Positions 42,774 to 53,837 of a stretch of 64,000 bases of DNA are shown piece after piece. The notes below the pieces were generated by a model. That model did no database searches, was not told where the DNA came from, and saw only the letters and a program-made list of their open reading frames with translations. Position numbers and translations under genes: made by a program. The first letter of the stretch is position 1. Every line of letters starts with the position of its first letter. The stretch lies in the NCBI GenBank assembly GCA_051117555.1, contig JBNPEG010000051.1, positions 12,339 to 76,338 of the forward strand, read 5' to 3'. The stretch is from Elainellaceae cyanobacterium. GTDB taxonomy: Bacteria; Cyanobacteriota; Cyanobacteriia; CAZCXK01.

Positions 42774-43646
42774 GTGCCCGAGCTACCTGAAGTTGAAACG
42801 GTGCGGCACGGTCTCAATCGGGTGACCTTGTCTCAATCTATTGAGGGTGGGGATGTGTTGCTAAGCCGCACCATCGCCCACCCTTTTTCTGAAGATGCTT
42901 TTGTAAAGAGCCTTAGGGGATTGGCGATCGCTCATTGGCATCGTCGCGGCAAGTATTTATTAGCTGAGTTATTTGATCCCGGTGCAATGCGATCGCAGGG
43001 ACAGGTCAGAGAGCCTTCAGGATGGCTTGGAGTCCATTTGCGGATGACAGGGCAACTACTGTGGCTTCCTCAAACAGCTCCTGTGGAAAAGCACTGTCGG
43101 GCCAGGCTTTTTTTCCCTCATGGACAAGAATTACGCTTCGTTGATCAACGAACCTTTGGGCAGATGTGGTGGGTTCCACCGGGTGTAGCTCCAGAGATTA
43201 TTATTCGAGGATTAACCCGATTAGGGCCAGAACCGCTATCCAACGATTTCTCGGTTGATTATCTTAAACGGCAACTCTTCAACCGCCGTCGACCGATTAA
43301 AACTGCCCTACTCGATCAGGCAATCGTCGCAGGAATTGGCAACATCTATGCTGATGAGGCATTATTCCTGAGTGGGATTAGACCATTAACCCATTGCAAT
43401 AGCCTTAAACCCCGACAAGTTCTGCGTCTTCACAAAACGATTATTCAAGTTTTGCAAGACAGCATTGTTGAAGGAGGCACCACGTTTAGTAACTTTCGAG
43501 ATGTTCAGGGAGTAAACGGCAATTATGGCAATGTTGCCTGGGTATATGGGCGCGAAGGATGCCCCTGCCGAGTCTGTCAAGCCCCTATTGAGCGGCTCAA
43601 ATTGGCGGGGCGATCGACTTTCTTTTGTCGAACTTGCCAGAGTTGA
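42774..43646 (+). CDS. mutM: Formamidopyrimidine-DNA glycosylase
   Basis: MPELPEVE, HLRMTG, GIGNIYADE and a C-terminal zinc finger. Confidence 0.98.
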   Translation: MPELPEVETVRHGLNRVTLSQSIEGGDVLLSRTIAHPFSEDAFVKSLRGLAIAHWHRRGKYLLAELFDPGAMRSQGQVREPSGWLGVHLRMTGQLLWLPQTAPVEKHCRARLFFPHGQELRFVDQRTFGQMWWVPPGVAPEIIIRGLTRLGPEPLSNDFSVDYLKRQLFNRRRPIKTALLDQAIVAGIGNIYADEALFLSGIRPLTHCNSLKPRQVLRLHKTIIQVLQDSIVEGGTTFSNFRDVQGVNGNYGNVAWVYGREGCPCRVCQAPIERLKLAGRSTFFCRTCQS

Positions 43647-43655
43647 GTGGTATAC

Positions 43656-44768
43656 CTACTTCGCGCGTTGCCAAAGTCGAATGAGTTCTGAAAGTGTCTG
43701 GCGATCTGGAGTCGATGCCACTCGAATCGCTGGATCAATTTCCGCACCGGGAATATTTTGATTCCAGGGACTTTCGGGAACTGATTGAAGGTCGATTGAG
43801 GCATCGCCTGGGCGGAACCCGTATCGAATAAAAACAGCTTGTTGGGGGTCGGCGGTCAAAAAGTCGAGAAACTGTTGAGCTGCATCAGCAGTTTGGGGAC
43901 TGATATTGCGTCGGACAATCGCGGCCGTTGACACGGTTTCAAGGGTGGGGTCGAGATAATAAATTTGGTAGGGTTGCCCCTGGGTCGCAGCCGATTGCTG
44001 CCACCGATATAGCGCAATGCTTTCATATACCGTCGCAATATCCGCTTCATTAGGTCCTCTAGCGATAAATTCTTGAAGCAAGATATCGGTAGACGGTGGA
44101 GGCAAATACACCGAGCGCTTGATTAAGCCAATGAGAGACTGAAGGTTTGAGGTATTGAGTTTGCTGCTGCTGAGGCGATCGCCCCCCAGTTTCGCCTGGG
44201 CCCAGAGACTCAGCGTCAGTTGCCCGCTGTTAGACCGGGTAGGGTCGGTGATCACAAAGTCAAAGCTTCCCCAATTGGCTGATCCACCGATATCGCTCCA
44301 TGAGTTAGCCTCGAGCGCTGTTTGCAACCGTGACCAGTCAAATTCTCCTGTTGGAAACAGTACCTCACCTCGCTCAGACCAGGCAATGCCAACCAGCATT
44401 GTTTTGACAATTGGACGCGGGGGCTCATAAAACGGATCGCTGTCATATTGAACTTGCCAGCGATCGCTCAACTCATCGAGCAGTTCTCCATTAGCCGGAA
44501 TCAAAATGGCGGGGTCAACCTCGGCTTGATCGTCGATATAGTCGTTGATGATGTCTTGAGAGCCCCGGAACTGCAAGTCAAGCTGGATGGACGGATGAGC
44601 TTGCTCAAACCGGTCTTCTAACTGTTCGAGCGGTTCTTGCAATTCTGTGCCGCTGACTACTATGACTCGTTGCTGGCTGCCAAATACTGGGGCATACGTG
44701 GCTCCGAGGGCGATCGCAATAGTGCCGAGAGAGATTAACAGGGATCGGCGGTTTCGGGGATGAGTCAC
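43656..44768 (-). CDS. Periplasmic-binding-protein-fold (SBP-like) protein
   Basis: N-terminal anchor, GSQDI, TDPTRSNSG, VYESIA and FL.FL....Q......GFRP motifs. Confidence 0.75.
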   Translation of the reverse strand: MTHPRNRRSLLISLGTIAIALGATYAPVFGSQQRVIVVSGTELQEPLEQLEDRFEQAHPSIQLDLQFRGSQDIINDYIDDQAEVDPAILIPANGELLDELSDRWQVQYDSDPFYEPPRPIVKTMLVGIAWSERGEVLFPTGEFDWSRLQTALEANSWSDIGGSANWGSFDFVITDPTRSNSGQLTLSLWAQAKLGGDRLSSSKLNTSNLQSLIGLIKRSVYLPPPSTDILLQEFIARGPNEADIATVYESIALYRWQQSAATQGQPYQIYYLDPTLETVSTAAIVRRNISPQTADAAQQFLDFLTADPQQAVFIRYGFRPGDASIDLQSVPESPWNQNIPGAEIDPAIRVASTPDRQTLSELIRLWQRAK

Positions 44769-45544
44769 ACCTGTTTCCTCTTGGGATGGGACGGTTGCGA
44801 ATTTGACAGCGTTACGTGGGTGTCGTCGGCAATGAGTAAATCGACATTTTCTTGAAAATGATTGAATTCATTGCTGAGCGATCGCAGTTCGCTGGTTTCA
44901 GATGTGTTGGTTAAATCTGCGGTTCGCAGTTTGTTTTGCAGGCGCTGCAGAATTCCGGCTGCATCAAGAATTAGGGTCGATAAACTGATGACCTGTGCTT
45001 GTCGAGCATCTTGGCCCTCTTGAGCCAGGCGGATATTGCTTCGCAGGGTGTCAGCCAACTTCTGGAGCTGTTCACGGGCAACGCCCGAACTGGCATGGAG
45101 TTTATCCTCCACCTCTTTAAACTGTTGCTGTAAGTCTTGAATCGACAGCAACGAACTTGATCCGTGCAGACGACGAGCGAGCTGATCTACTTTGGCAGGC
45201 AGTTCTTTGGCGCGATCGCACGCAAGCTGTACAACGGCTAAGAGTTCAAGCTCATCGAGTTCGGTTAGCATTCGGGTTGCCTCGACTCGGAGCGCTTCGC
45301 CTTGGTTAGCAACCAGTTCTGCTTGATTTTGAACTGACTTTAATTCTCGTTCAAGCGCTGGATTATCAAGCCCTAAGCCTTCAGGTTCTTGAGATTTGCG
45401 AATTGATGCACCGAGGGTGGCGATCGCCACTGAAACGGGCACCATTACAATGCTGGGCAGTCGAGCTACTCGCACACCGACAAAGAGGGCGATCGCACCC
45501 ACGAGTACAGGGATTGGATAGTAGAGAGGGTTAGCGAGTCTCAT
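44765..45544 (-). CDS. Two-TM coiled-coil membrane protein of unknown function
   Basis: Two hydrophobic helices then heptad-rich helices; stop overlaps the next start; start set at MRLANP 45544 (alternative 45607). Confidence 0.7.
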   Translation of the reverse strand: MRLANPLYYPIPVLVGAIALFVGVRVARLPSIVMVPVSVAIATLGASIRKSQEPEGLGLDNPALERELKSVQNQAELVANQGEALRVEATRMLTELDELELLAVVQLACDRAKELPAKVDQLARRLHGSSSLLSIQDLQQQFKEVEDKLHASSGVAREQLQKLADTLRSNIRLAQEGQDARQAQVISLSTLILDAAGILQRLQNKLRTADLTNTSETSELRSLSNEFNHFQENVDLLIADDTHVTLSNSQPSHPKRKQV

Positions 45545-45611
45545 CGACGACAGAGGTGAGGGGGTATAGGTAAATGATGGGCAGAAATCGCGGTGGAAAA
45601 CCGGCACGATG

Positions 45612-47348
45612 CTAGAACTCTAGCTGGAGATCAGCCATAAGTTGTGAAATCGTTTCAGGATTTCCTTTAGAGTAATATCCGCCATTGAAATCGGCGATTT
45701 GTTTAAGAGCATCTGGGTTGAATTCTCCTGCTTGCCCATAGCCAACCGTAAAAAAGGCAATGCGCTGATCCGACTCAAACCCGCTCGATTGGAGTTCGGA
45801 ATCTAGCTGCTGCAGCGTGATCCCTTCACCGGAATCAACTCCATCTGTAAGAATCAAGACGGCGTTGATGGCATTGTCTCGGAAATTATCTTGAAGCCAG
45901 TTGCGTGCAAAGAGAGCCGCATCATACAGGCGAGTACCCCCGTCTGCTTGCAAACTACTAACAAATTCTAAGCCGCGATTCTGTCCCTCAGGCGTGCCCT
46001 CCACTACGATAGGAGAACGAAGTTGGTCGTCAAAATCAATCAGGGCAATTTGATCGCGAGGCCCCAGATTATTGATATAGGTGCGGAGTGTATTTTGAAC
46101 AGCAGGCAGCTTATTGCCTTCCATCGATCCAGACGAATCGATCACGATGGCAACCAGGGATGGTTTTTTCACGGCGTCTTCCCACGTCCTGAGCATTGTG
46201 TCTACTACATCAGGCTGGGGAGGACGGTATGAGTCATAACTCGCTTGTGGATTAACGCCCAACTCAGTTGAAAAATTGGCGCTTAGTGCTACGCCCGGAA
46301 TTCCAGGACGCAGCCCTAAATTTGTGGCTATAGTTTGAGCATCAGGCGATCGCAAGTATTCGATTACCTGTTCTGCGGCGGCTTTTTCTGAGTCGCTAAT
46401 CCAGGGAGCATCGGGTAAAATTGCCCGCATATTAGACGTAAATGTCGCAGACGGATAGACAGCTTGATAACGAGGCTGATTGGGTTGGCGATTTTGATTT
46501 GCCGCAATCACCGATGACTCATAGACCGAGCCGACCGATGCCCAAAACGGCCCATTTTGCACCATCGACGTTGCGAGCGAACTGGTTGACACCCCATAGC
46601 GCGTAATCTTTTGCTGAATCTCTTCCACCTGGGGCGCGTAGGTATTAATATCGTCAATCGTCAACTCTTCGGGGCGTTTGCCTGAAACCGATGCAAATTG
46701 GGCAACAAGAGTTTGCAACCCTGAATTAGAGCGAGTTGGAGCTGTGTGCACATAGTGAATCTTGAGGGGAGGGCTATCGGGGGCAATATCTTGATGAGTT
46801 TCTGCTGTGGTCAGCGCTTGGAACACATTATCCGTTGCCTGCAGCCCATCAGCGATATCTTCTTCAGCCATAAACACCATCGGGCTATTGGCTAATAGGG
46901 GCGCATCGGTAATTTCAGGAATGTAGGATTGTCCTGGAAAGAGTTGCTCCATGCGATAACGAAGCTGACCGTGATAGATCTCTCCATCAACGGATAGCAG
47001 GGTCGGAAATTCGGGCGAATCAGCATTGATGGTTCCAGCTTGAAGCTGCTCGGCCAGAGACATGATGCGGTCGACTACATCACCGCTACCTGCGGCTTCG
47101 CAAGACGCGTAAAATGTTTCACCGCTGTCGAGTCGGGGTTGCTGCTGGTTGAAGGGGGCGATCGCCTGTTCACAAAACTCTCCTAAAGCGCTGCCGAAGA
47201 GAAGTTTGACTTCAAATCCTGACTGAGGATTTGCCGATGATGATGCGTCAGAATCATTACTGCCAGACGTATTTCCGCCACAACCACTGATTATAACTAG
47301 GCTTGCGATCGCAATTAGCCTATGCCAATGCTGATGCCGTCGACTCAT
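45612..47348 (-). CDS. Lipoprotein: SBP-like domain fused to a C-terminal vWA domain
   Basis: Lipobox IISGC, TAPTRSNSG, and MIDAS residues DSSGS...GGT.LYDA...LTDG. Confidence 0.85.
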   Translation of the reverse strand: MSRRHQHWHRLIAIASLVIISGCGGNTSGSNDSDASSSANPQSGFEVKLLFGSALGEFCEQAIAPFNQQQPRLDSGETFYASCEAAGSGDVVDRIMSLAEQLQAGTINADSPEFPTLLSVDGEIYHGQLRYRMEQLFPGQSYIPEITDAPLLANSPMVFMAEEDIADGLQATDNVFQALTTAETHQDIAPDSPPLKIHYVHTAPTRSNSGLQTLVAQFASVSGKRPEELTIDDINTYAPQVEEIQQKITRYGVSTSSLATSMVQNGPFWASVGSVYESSVIAANQNRQPNQPRYQAVYPSATFTSNMRAILPDAPWISDSEKAAAEQVIEYLRSPDAQTIATNLGLRPGIPGVALSANFSTELGVNPQASYDSYRPPQPDVVDTMLRTWEDAVKKPSLVAIVIDSSGSMEGNKLPAVQNTLRTYINNLGPRDQIALIDFDDQLRSPIVVEGTPEGQNRGLEFVSSLQADGGTRLYDAALFARNWLQDNFRDNAINAVLILTDGVDSGEGITLQQLDSELQSSGFESDQRIAFFTVGYGQAGEFNPDALKQIADFNGGYYSKGNPETISQLMADLQLEF

Positions 47349-47507
47349 AATGCGCCCTCAAAACGAAGCAGCGGTAATTGCACTAAATTGTTCAACTTGC
47401 ACATTCCTATTTTGACGCTCGGTTAGGCGAAGTGTCGACATGAGAGAAAACGCACTACGTAGAATGCAAGAAACGAATAGGGAGTTGTCTGAACCCGCAC
47501 ATCGAAT

Positions 47508-48038
47508 CTAGAGCCGATTCGAGGAGGGAGGTTTGGGCGATCGGGGTGACTGAGACGGGTGTTGAGGAGGTCTGAATGCGGCATAGAGCAAACAGATAAT
47601 GCCGATATTGATCGATACATCAGCAAAATTAAAAATGGGAAACCAGTATTCACAGCCATCCGCAGACCAGAAGATACAAAATTTGAGAAAATCGACCACT
47701 TCTCCTGCGGCAAAGCGATCGATTCCATTCCCTAGTGCGCCCCCCAGAATGAAGCCATATCCAGCTTGTTCTAGCTGATTCATGGGTGGCCCAAAACACG
47801 CCAATGCTATTAGCCCAATGCTCACAATCAAAGAGAGCCAGCGTAACCATCCCCCTCCCTCGCTAAACAGACTAAATGCTGCACCGGGATTGGTTACGTA
47901 GGTTAGCTCAAAGACTTGGTTCCAGATAGGAACGGTTTCATTAAGTTCAAATGCCTGTACGACCCAATATTTAGTGATTTGATCGACCACTAGGGCAATA
48001 AATGCAGCGATCCAAAAGAAGCGGTTTTTGATTCTCAT
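47508..48038 (-). CDS. lspA: Lipoprotein signal peptidase II
   Basis: DQITK, N.GAAFS, GALGN.IDR, VVDF and FNFAD motifs. Confidence 0.96.
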   Translation of the reverse strand: MRIKNRFFWIAAFIALVVDQITKYWVVQAFELNETVPIWNQVFELTYVTNPGAAFSLFSEGGGWLRWLSLIVSIGLIALACFGPPMNQLEQAGYGFILGGALGNGIDRFAAGEVVDFLKFCIFWSADGCEYWFPIFNFADVSINIGIICLLYAAFRPPQHPSQSPRSPKPPSSNRL

Positions 48039-48168
48039 GCGGCGTAATCAGGTCATTAGGATGACGGTTAGGTCGGGCGCTCAAATGGGCGATCGCCCTC
48101 ATCTATTCTCAGGCATTGCGGCACTTAGCAGAGAATAACATCCGACAAATTGTCACTTGCAGAATGAG

Positions 48169-48762
48169 CTAGTAAAACATCAAATGTCGCAGCGCAAACG
48201 ATATCACTGTGACAGCACACGCTAGAGTGAGTTGCCCTAAAAATGGAAAAAGCGAATAATGGAGAACTGTCTGTACCAGAAAATCGGCGCTGGCACTCGT
48301 CCAATGAAATGCCTGAGTCACGATCAGATAGCTAACGCCAGTGAAATGGATTGTTAACAGCCCACAGATGCAGCTAAATGCAATTGACTCAAGTCGACGC
48401 GGCACTCGAAATGCAAGTGAGCCGCACACCCACGCCCCCGGAATAAACCCAAGCAAATATCCAAACGTAGGCTCTTCGACATAGCCCAACCCTCCTCCAT
48501 TGGTAAATATGTTGAGCCACGTTAAGCCAAGGATCAAATAGGCAATCTGTGAAATAGCTGCTGCATTTCGACCTCCCAGACATGCAACGAGCAACACCGC
48601 TCCAATCTGACACGTTACCCCCAATGATTGAATTGGAATGTCAGGGTTTTCAATATGAAACGGAATTCCTGTGATGAATGCTTCCAGGAAGGTTCCACCA
48701 ATCGTCAAAATTAAACCAATCAACGCCCATATTAAGTCAATCGGAGCAATCACGTTCATCAA
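48169..48762 (-). CDS. bioY: Biotin transporter BioY
   Basis: Multi-TM with GGG..Y...PTFGYLLGF; bioY-lspA adjacency is typical of cyanobacteria. Confidence 0.9.
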   Translation of the reverse strand: MMNVIAPIDLIWALIGLILTIGGTFLEAFITGIPFHIENPDIPIQSLGVTCQIGAVLLVACLGGRNAAAISQIAYLILGLTWLNIFTNGGGLGYVEEPTFGYLLGFIPGAWVCGSLAFRVPRRLESIAFSCICGLLTIHFTGVSYLIVTQAFHWTSASADFLVQTVLHYSLFPFLGQLTLACAVTVISFALRHLMFY

Positions 48763-48788
48763 AACTCCATATTAGGGAGCATCGGGCT

Positions 48789-49745
48789 TTAGATTGTAGC
48801 AGCTAATTCGCCCACTTCTCGACGGGGAATATCGTAGGTTAGCAAGTCGTGTGCCATGCTGGTGTTCGGAAAAATAGCTTTGGCTTCAGTGAGCAAATCA
48901 TCCAGGGCGATCGCATTTCCAGGAGCATAGCGAGGGCTGAAATGGGTCATGATCAACTTCTTAACTCCTCCAGCCAGAGCGACCTGTGCCGCCATTGTCG
49001 AGGTTGAGTGCAACCGCTGATATGCCAATTCAGCATCCTGATGCGAAAAGGTTGCTTCATGCACGAGCACATCAGCATTGGTTGCGAGCTCTACCGCACT
49101 GTCACAATAAATCGTGTCAGTGCAATAGACGAATTTGCGTCCAATCTGGGTCGGGCCACACAAATCCGCACCGTTAATGCGGCGTCCATCCGGTAGTGTA
49201 ATAACTTCTCCGCGTTTAAGGCGTCCATAAATTGGACCGGGAGGAATGCCCATGGCGTCGGCGCGTTCGACATCAAATCGGCCTGGCTTATCTTTCTCAG
49301 CAACGCGATAGCCAAACGCTGGTACCCGATGCGTCAGAGCATCACAATGCACCGTAAATTCATCATCTTCAAACACTAATCCCGGTTTGACGGTGTGGAC
49401 TTTTAATGGGTAGGAAAAATGGGTTTGAGAATAGCGACTACAGGCTCGCAAATAGTCGTCTAATTTGGGAGGGCCATACACATCAATGCGACTCGGATTG
49501 CCTGCAAGCCCACAGCTAGCAAGTAGCCCCATCAATCCGTAAATATGATCGCCGTGCATGTGAGTCACAAAAATTCGAGTGATCTGGCTGACGCGGAGAT
49601 CACTACGTAAAATTTGATGCTGAGTTCCCTCGCCGCAATCAAACAACCACACCTCCGCGCGTTGAGGAAGTCGTAACGCAATACTCGACACATTGCGCGA
49701 TCGCGTCGGGACTCCTGAACTCGTTCCCAAAAACGTTAGCCGCAA
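48789..49745 (-). CDS. rnz: Ribonuclease Z
   Basis: [29 protein letters not shown] and HFSPRY motifs. Confidence 0.96.
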   Translation of the reverse strand: MRLTFLGTSSGVPTRSRNVSSIALRLPQRAEVWLFDCGEGTQHQILRSDLRVSQITRIFVTHMHGDHIYGLMGLLASCGLAGNPSRIDVYGPPKLDDYLRACSRYSQTHFSYPLKVHTVKPGLVFEDDEFTVHCDALTHRVPAFGYRVAEKDKPGRFDVERADAMGIPPGPIYGRLKRGEVITLPDGRRINGADLCGPTQIGRKFVYCTDTIYCDSAVELATNADVLVHEATFSHQDAELAYQRLHSTSTMAAQVALAGGVKKLIMTHFSPRYAPGNAIALDDLLTEAKAIFPNTSMAHDLLTYDIPRREVGELAATI

Positions 49746-50094
49746 AACAAAATCCTAGAAACAACGTCAATCCTTGTGTAATCCCTATGGTGACATATCT
49801 AAAGTACAGTTGGAGTGAAGTTTCGTTTGCCCATTTTCACGTATTTTGAGGTCTGATTTCTAGGGGAGTACGTGATCAACTCTGAGGAAGTCACAAATAT
49901 AACCGAACGAGATAATCAAATATACTGGCTGAATTTAGCAACAAATTCGCGTATAGTGGGCAAGGAAATTTAGCCACTATTAAGATTTAATTTCTGTCAC
50001 ATTTAGGTGTTCACTAATCTATTTACGACGGTTTCATAGAGACACATTCGTTTATTTATTGATCTACTTTGCTTAAGGTGAGGGATTTACAGAC

Positions 50095-51342
50095 ATGACA
50101 TCATCGACATCTAACCGATGCCAGGTGCCGTTCTGGTCGTTTTTAATGCCGTCATCGGGTTCCAAAACTCAGTGGGTTACTCGGTTTACGCAACAAGTTA
50201 GTAAAATTTCGCTATTTGTAGGCTTATCGGTTCTATTAGATGTAACAGCAGGTATCGCGTCCGCCCACGCTGAACTTGACCTGCGTGTAGCAATCGAAGA
50301 AGAAGTCAATCAGGTTCGCGTGGGTAGCTCGACGAAGGCACTACTACGGGATGCATCAGGGCAGGTTTTAGCTGAAATCCCTGCGGGCTATGTCGTGGTT
50401 CAAGAACAAGCCGGACAGGTCAAAGTCGATCGCTGGCAAGGGCGCCAGTTTTGGATTGAGCCAACCGAGAATGGATATACCTTTATCGATGGCAAATGGT
50501 ATCGAGGTAAAGCCCAGGTGGTGGCAGCTGTTGGAGGATTAACGGCAGTTAACCATGTTGATCTCGAACATTACCTGTATAGCGTCGTTGGCAGCGAAAT
50601 GCCTGCTAGCTGGCCCCTCGAAGCCCTTAAAGCTCAGGCCGTGTCAGCTCGAACCTATGCCCTGTATCAACGCGAACATAACGCTAACACCGTGTTCGAT
50701 GTTGGAGATACGACCGCATGGCAAGTGTATAAAGGGCTTGAAGAAGAAGCCATCAGCACCCATGCTGCGGTCGATGCAACAACTGGACAAGTTTTAACCT
50801 ATAGCGGACGAATCATTGAAGCCGTGTTTCATTCCTCATCGGGAGGACATACCGAAAATGTAGAGGATATATGGTCAGGTTCTCGTCCCTATCTTCGAGG
50901 GGTCGTAGATTTTGACCACTCAGCCCCGGTTTATCGCTGGGATGAAACCTTTTCGGCAGCTTCGTTAAAACAACGAATTTCGGGCGTTGGCAATATTATT
51001 TCTATGACTCCAGAGCAAACAACCCCCCGAGGTCGAATTGTCAGAATGCGGGTCGTTGGCGATGAAGGAAGCCGAGTTCTCAGCGGGAATGAACTGCGCC
51101 GCGCTCTTAATCTAAAAAGCTCGTTATTCTCAATTGTTCCTCAAATGGGACGTGTTGCGAGCGCGGGCGACACAATTCCATCGCGCCCCGTAAGCTTTCG
51201 GGTCAGCGGTCGAGGGTTTGGCCACGGGGTTGGCATGAGTCAGTGGGGTGCGAATCAGATGGCGCAGCACGGCAATAACTATCAGCAGATTTTAGGTCAC
51301 TATTACCAAAACACCACATTGTCTCGAATTCAAGTGGAATAA
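50095..51342 (+). CDS. SpoIID/LytB domain protein
   Basis: YL.SVV.SEMPASWP.EALKAQAV.ARTYA and GFGHGVGMSQWGA motifs. Confidence 0.93.
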   Translation: MTSSTSNRCQVPFWSFLMPSSGSKTQWVTRFTQQVSKISLFVGLSVLLDVTAGIASAHAELDLRVAIEEEVNQVRVGSSTKALLRDASGQVLAEIPAGYVVVQEQAGQVKVDRWQGRQFWIEPTENGYTFIDGKWYRGKAQVVAAVGGLTAVNHVDLEHYLYSVVGSEMPASWPLEALKAQAVSARTYALYQREHNANTVFDVGDTTAWQVYKGLEEEAISTHAAVDATTGQVLTYSGRIIEAVFHSSSGGHTENVEDIWSGSRPYLRGVVDFDHSAPVYRWDETFSAASLKQRISGVGNIISMTPEQTTPRGRIVRMRVVGDEGSRVLSGNELRRALNLKSSLFSIVPQMGRVASAGDTIPSRPVSFRVSGRGFGHGVGMSQWGANQMAQHGNNYQQILGHYYQNTTLSRIQVE

Positions 51343-51346
51343 TACC

Positions 51347-52678
51347 TTATCGTGACTTAGAGCGGTCCTCTAAGAGTCGCTGCCATTCGGAATCAATTCT
51401 GTCTGATTGCTCAGCTTCTTGAGCGATCAGATCGGTTTCCGTGGTGTAGATTAGGTCGTCTTCCGTGATGACGGTCTCAGCCGCAAATTGATGCGCATAT
51501 TCAATCTTGTCCTGTAGCTCCTCAGACGGTCTGTCTAAAACACTGGCTCGTTCGAGCCGCTGCTCATTGCGAGCATCGACCTTGCGATTTCGCCACTGAA
51601 TCCAGGCGTATCGAACTAGAGGTACTGTAACGAAGCCAATTCCGTAGGCTAGTAAAAACCAGTAGATACCATTAACAAAGCCAACCCATCCACCCAGTTG
51701 ACTAATAAGACCCTCAGCTCTCAAGTCATTAAGCATGGCACCCAAGATCAGGGCACCTACAACATTGAGCGCACCTAAGCCAGCCGACAGCAAAAGCTGT
51801 CCTGAACTAGCATTACTGAATTTCCAACGAGATTCGCGCAGGTAGTTTGTCGTTGACTTTTTGCTTTGACTTTCTGCTGTGATCTGAAGGACAGGAAAGT
51901 GATAAATGATATGCCCGTCCGGGCTAACTTCTGGGCGCCCCCCAAATCGGGTCAAGACCGGTAGCATGTAGTCTTCGTAGTCTTTCTCGTATCCCTCGCC
52001 AATGTTGTCGAGATAGGGAGCAATCTGTTCAGCTGCAACTGCCCCGCCGTTGTTGCGAATCACTGTGGCGATCGCCCGCCATCGTCTCTCTTCTAAATCA
52101 GCGTTAGGATTTCCATCACCAAATAAGAAAGAAAAGACGGATTCTAAGAAGTTCATCTCGGAATCATTAGCACGACGGCGTGACGGAGTGCGCTGTTGTC
52201 GATGCCTGTAATAGTCGGGGCTAAACACCCAAAATAAATCAGGACCAAACCAAAATCTAGGCAAGAATAGCATGCCCCCGCCAAAGCCATCGTCGCGATC
52301 GTTGTCTCCTTGACGAGAACTCAGATAGATTGTGATCACTGCGATCGTAATGAAGATGATCACAATCGAGATTAGCAAGAAGATTCCAAACGAAATGCGG
52401 ATGAGATAGAAAAGGACATTCCAAATCCGTTCCCACCAATCTTTGAGGCGAAGCTGCCAAAATTTGTTGCGAAGGATGCCTCGAAAATTGCGCGGAAACT
52501 GGTACGCAATCTCTCCTGCCTCTGAAACCTGTAGATGCCCGCCCGCGTCGGCAGCGAGGGAGACTAAGTCTCGTTCTGCTAACTTAATATCAAGCCCTGC
52601 CTGAGAGGCAACATCGCCCGCAGTTACTCGATAATCTAATGTTTCAACCGCCTTAAAAATCGCGGGGTTCAGAGCCAT
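51347..52678 (-). CDS. Conserved cyanobacterial/plastid membrane protein of unknown function
   Basis: RVT.GDVA..AG, FY..RISFG, FLE.VFSFLFGDGNPN and G.I.Y.FP motifs. Confidence 0.75.
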   Translation of the reverse strand: MALNPAIFKAVETLDYRVTAGDVASQAGLDIKLAERDLVSLAADAGGHLQVSEAGEIAYQFPRNFRGILRNKFWQLRLKDWWERIWNVLFYLIRISFGIFLLISIVIIFITIAVITIYLSSRQGDNDRDDGFGGGMLFLPRFWFGPDLFWVFSPDYYRHRQQRTPSRRRANDSEMNFLESVFSFLFGDGNPNADLEERRWRAIATVIRNNGGAVAAEQIAPYLDNIGEGYEKDYEDYMLPVLTRFGGRPEVSPDGHIIYHFPVLQITAESQSKKSTTNYLRESRWKFSNASSGQLLLSAGLGALNVVGALILGAMLNDLRAEGLISQLGGWVGFVNGIYWFLLAYGIGFVTVPLVRYAWIQWRNRKVDARNEQRLERASVLDRPSEELQDKIEYAHQFAAETVITEDDLIYTTETDLIAQEAEQSDRIDSEWQRLLEDRSKSR

Positions 52679-52708
52679 CTATTTCCTCCGTGTCTATACA
52701 GAGTCCTA

Positions 52709-52803
52709 TATAGCAATCCCAGATGGGTTGTGGGTTGTGAGTGGTAGTGGGCCGCCTGCCCCACCACTCACACACAATTCACAAGCGATTTAGGATCGCT
52801 ATA
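52709..52803 (+). repeat. TATAG-bounded hairpin element, family A
   Basis: tatagcaatcccagatgggttgt...acacacaattcacaagcgatttaggatcgctata. Confidence 0.9.
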
Positions 52804-53174
52804 TCTCAGTATAGAAGTCTTAAAATTTTTCAGGGAGTGAGGTAAACCGATTTCGAGATCAGTCGGACTAGAATATCCCTTAAATTTGCTCTAGCAGTGC
52901 GCTTTTGATATGCCCGAGGATAGTCTGAAATGAGTCATTAAGTTTCATCCTAATTAACTTAAGTCGGCGGTTGAAGACCCCATTCGCCTCGTATACTAAG
53001 AATCGCCTGCCATTAAAAATTGACTACTCAGGATTGCGTAAAACTTCGGAGTTGATGGGTTGCTTATTAGCTCTAGTTAGTGTGAGTTTGGCGTTAAAGT
53101 AGTCGATAGAGTGACATTCACTGATCTTTGTTCATTCTGCTCTTGTATATATCGGGTCTGCTTTGGAGGCAACC

Positions 53175-53696
53175 ATGCCAAGAACTCAACGAAATGATAA
53201 TTTCATCGATAAGTCGTTTACCGTCATGGCAGATTTGATATTAAAAATTCTGCCGACCAGCAAAAATTCTAAAGAGGCATTTGCTTACTATCGAGACGGC
53301 ATGTCTGCACAAGCCGATGGCGAATATGCTGAAGCGATGGACAATTACGTCGAAGCATTAAACTTGGAAGAAGATCCGTACGATCGCAGCTATATTCTCT
53401 ACAACATGGGGCTCATTCACACGAGCAATGGCGAGCATGACAAAGCCCTAGAGCGATATCATGAGGCCCTAGAGTTGAATCCTAGAATGCCCCAAGCGTT
53501 AAATAACGTTGCGGTAATCCACCACTATCTGGGCGAACGAACAAAAGACGCCGGTAATGTGGAGGAGTCTGACGCTCATTTTGACCAAGCTGCTGAATAT
53601 TGGCAGCAAGCGATTCGTTTAGCTCCCAATAACTACATTGAGGCGCAAAACTGGCTAAAAACGACAGGGCGCTCCAAAATAGATGCCTTTTTCTAG
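53175..53696 (+). CDS. ycf3: Photosystem I assembly TPR protein
   Basis: [31 protein letters not shown] and [15 protein letters not shown] precedes ATG 53175. Confidence 0.98.
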   Translation: MPRTQRNDNFIDKSFTVMADLILKILPTSKNSKEAFAYYRDGMSAQADGEYAEAMDNYVEALNLEEDPYDRSYILYNMGLIHTSNGEHDKALERYHEALELNPRMPQALNNVAVIHHYLGERTKDAGNVEESDAHFDQAAEYWQQAIRLAPNNYIEAQNWLKTTGRSKIDAFF

Positions 53697-53740
53697 CGCT
53701 GACTCCTTTTCCTTTCTCCTGATGGAGAGGTGGCGCCAGC

Positions 53741-53757
53741 GCGGGCAAGATGCCCGC
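53741..53757. repeat. REP-like palindrome gcgggcaagatgcccgc (second copy at 63685-63701)
   Basis: Identical 17-bp hairpin in two intergenic regions. Confidence 0.75.
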
Positions 53758-53837
53758 ACTCCCATTTCGCGAATGATTTAGGAGTGCTATATTCCCAAAC
53801 CTTAGTTCTTCGTTCCCACTTTTTTCAAAACTTCACT

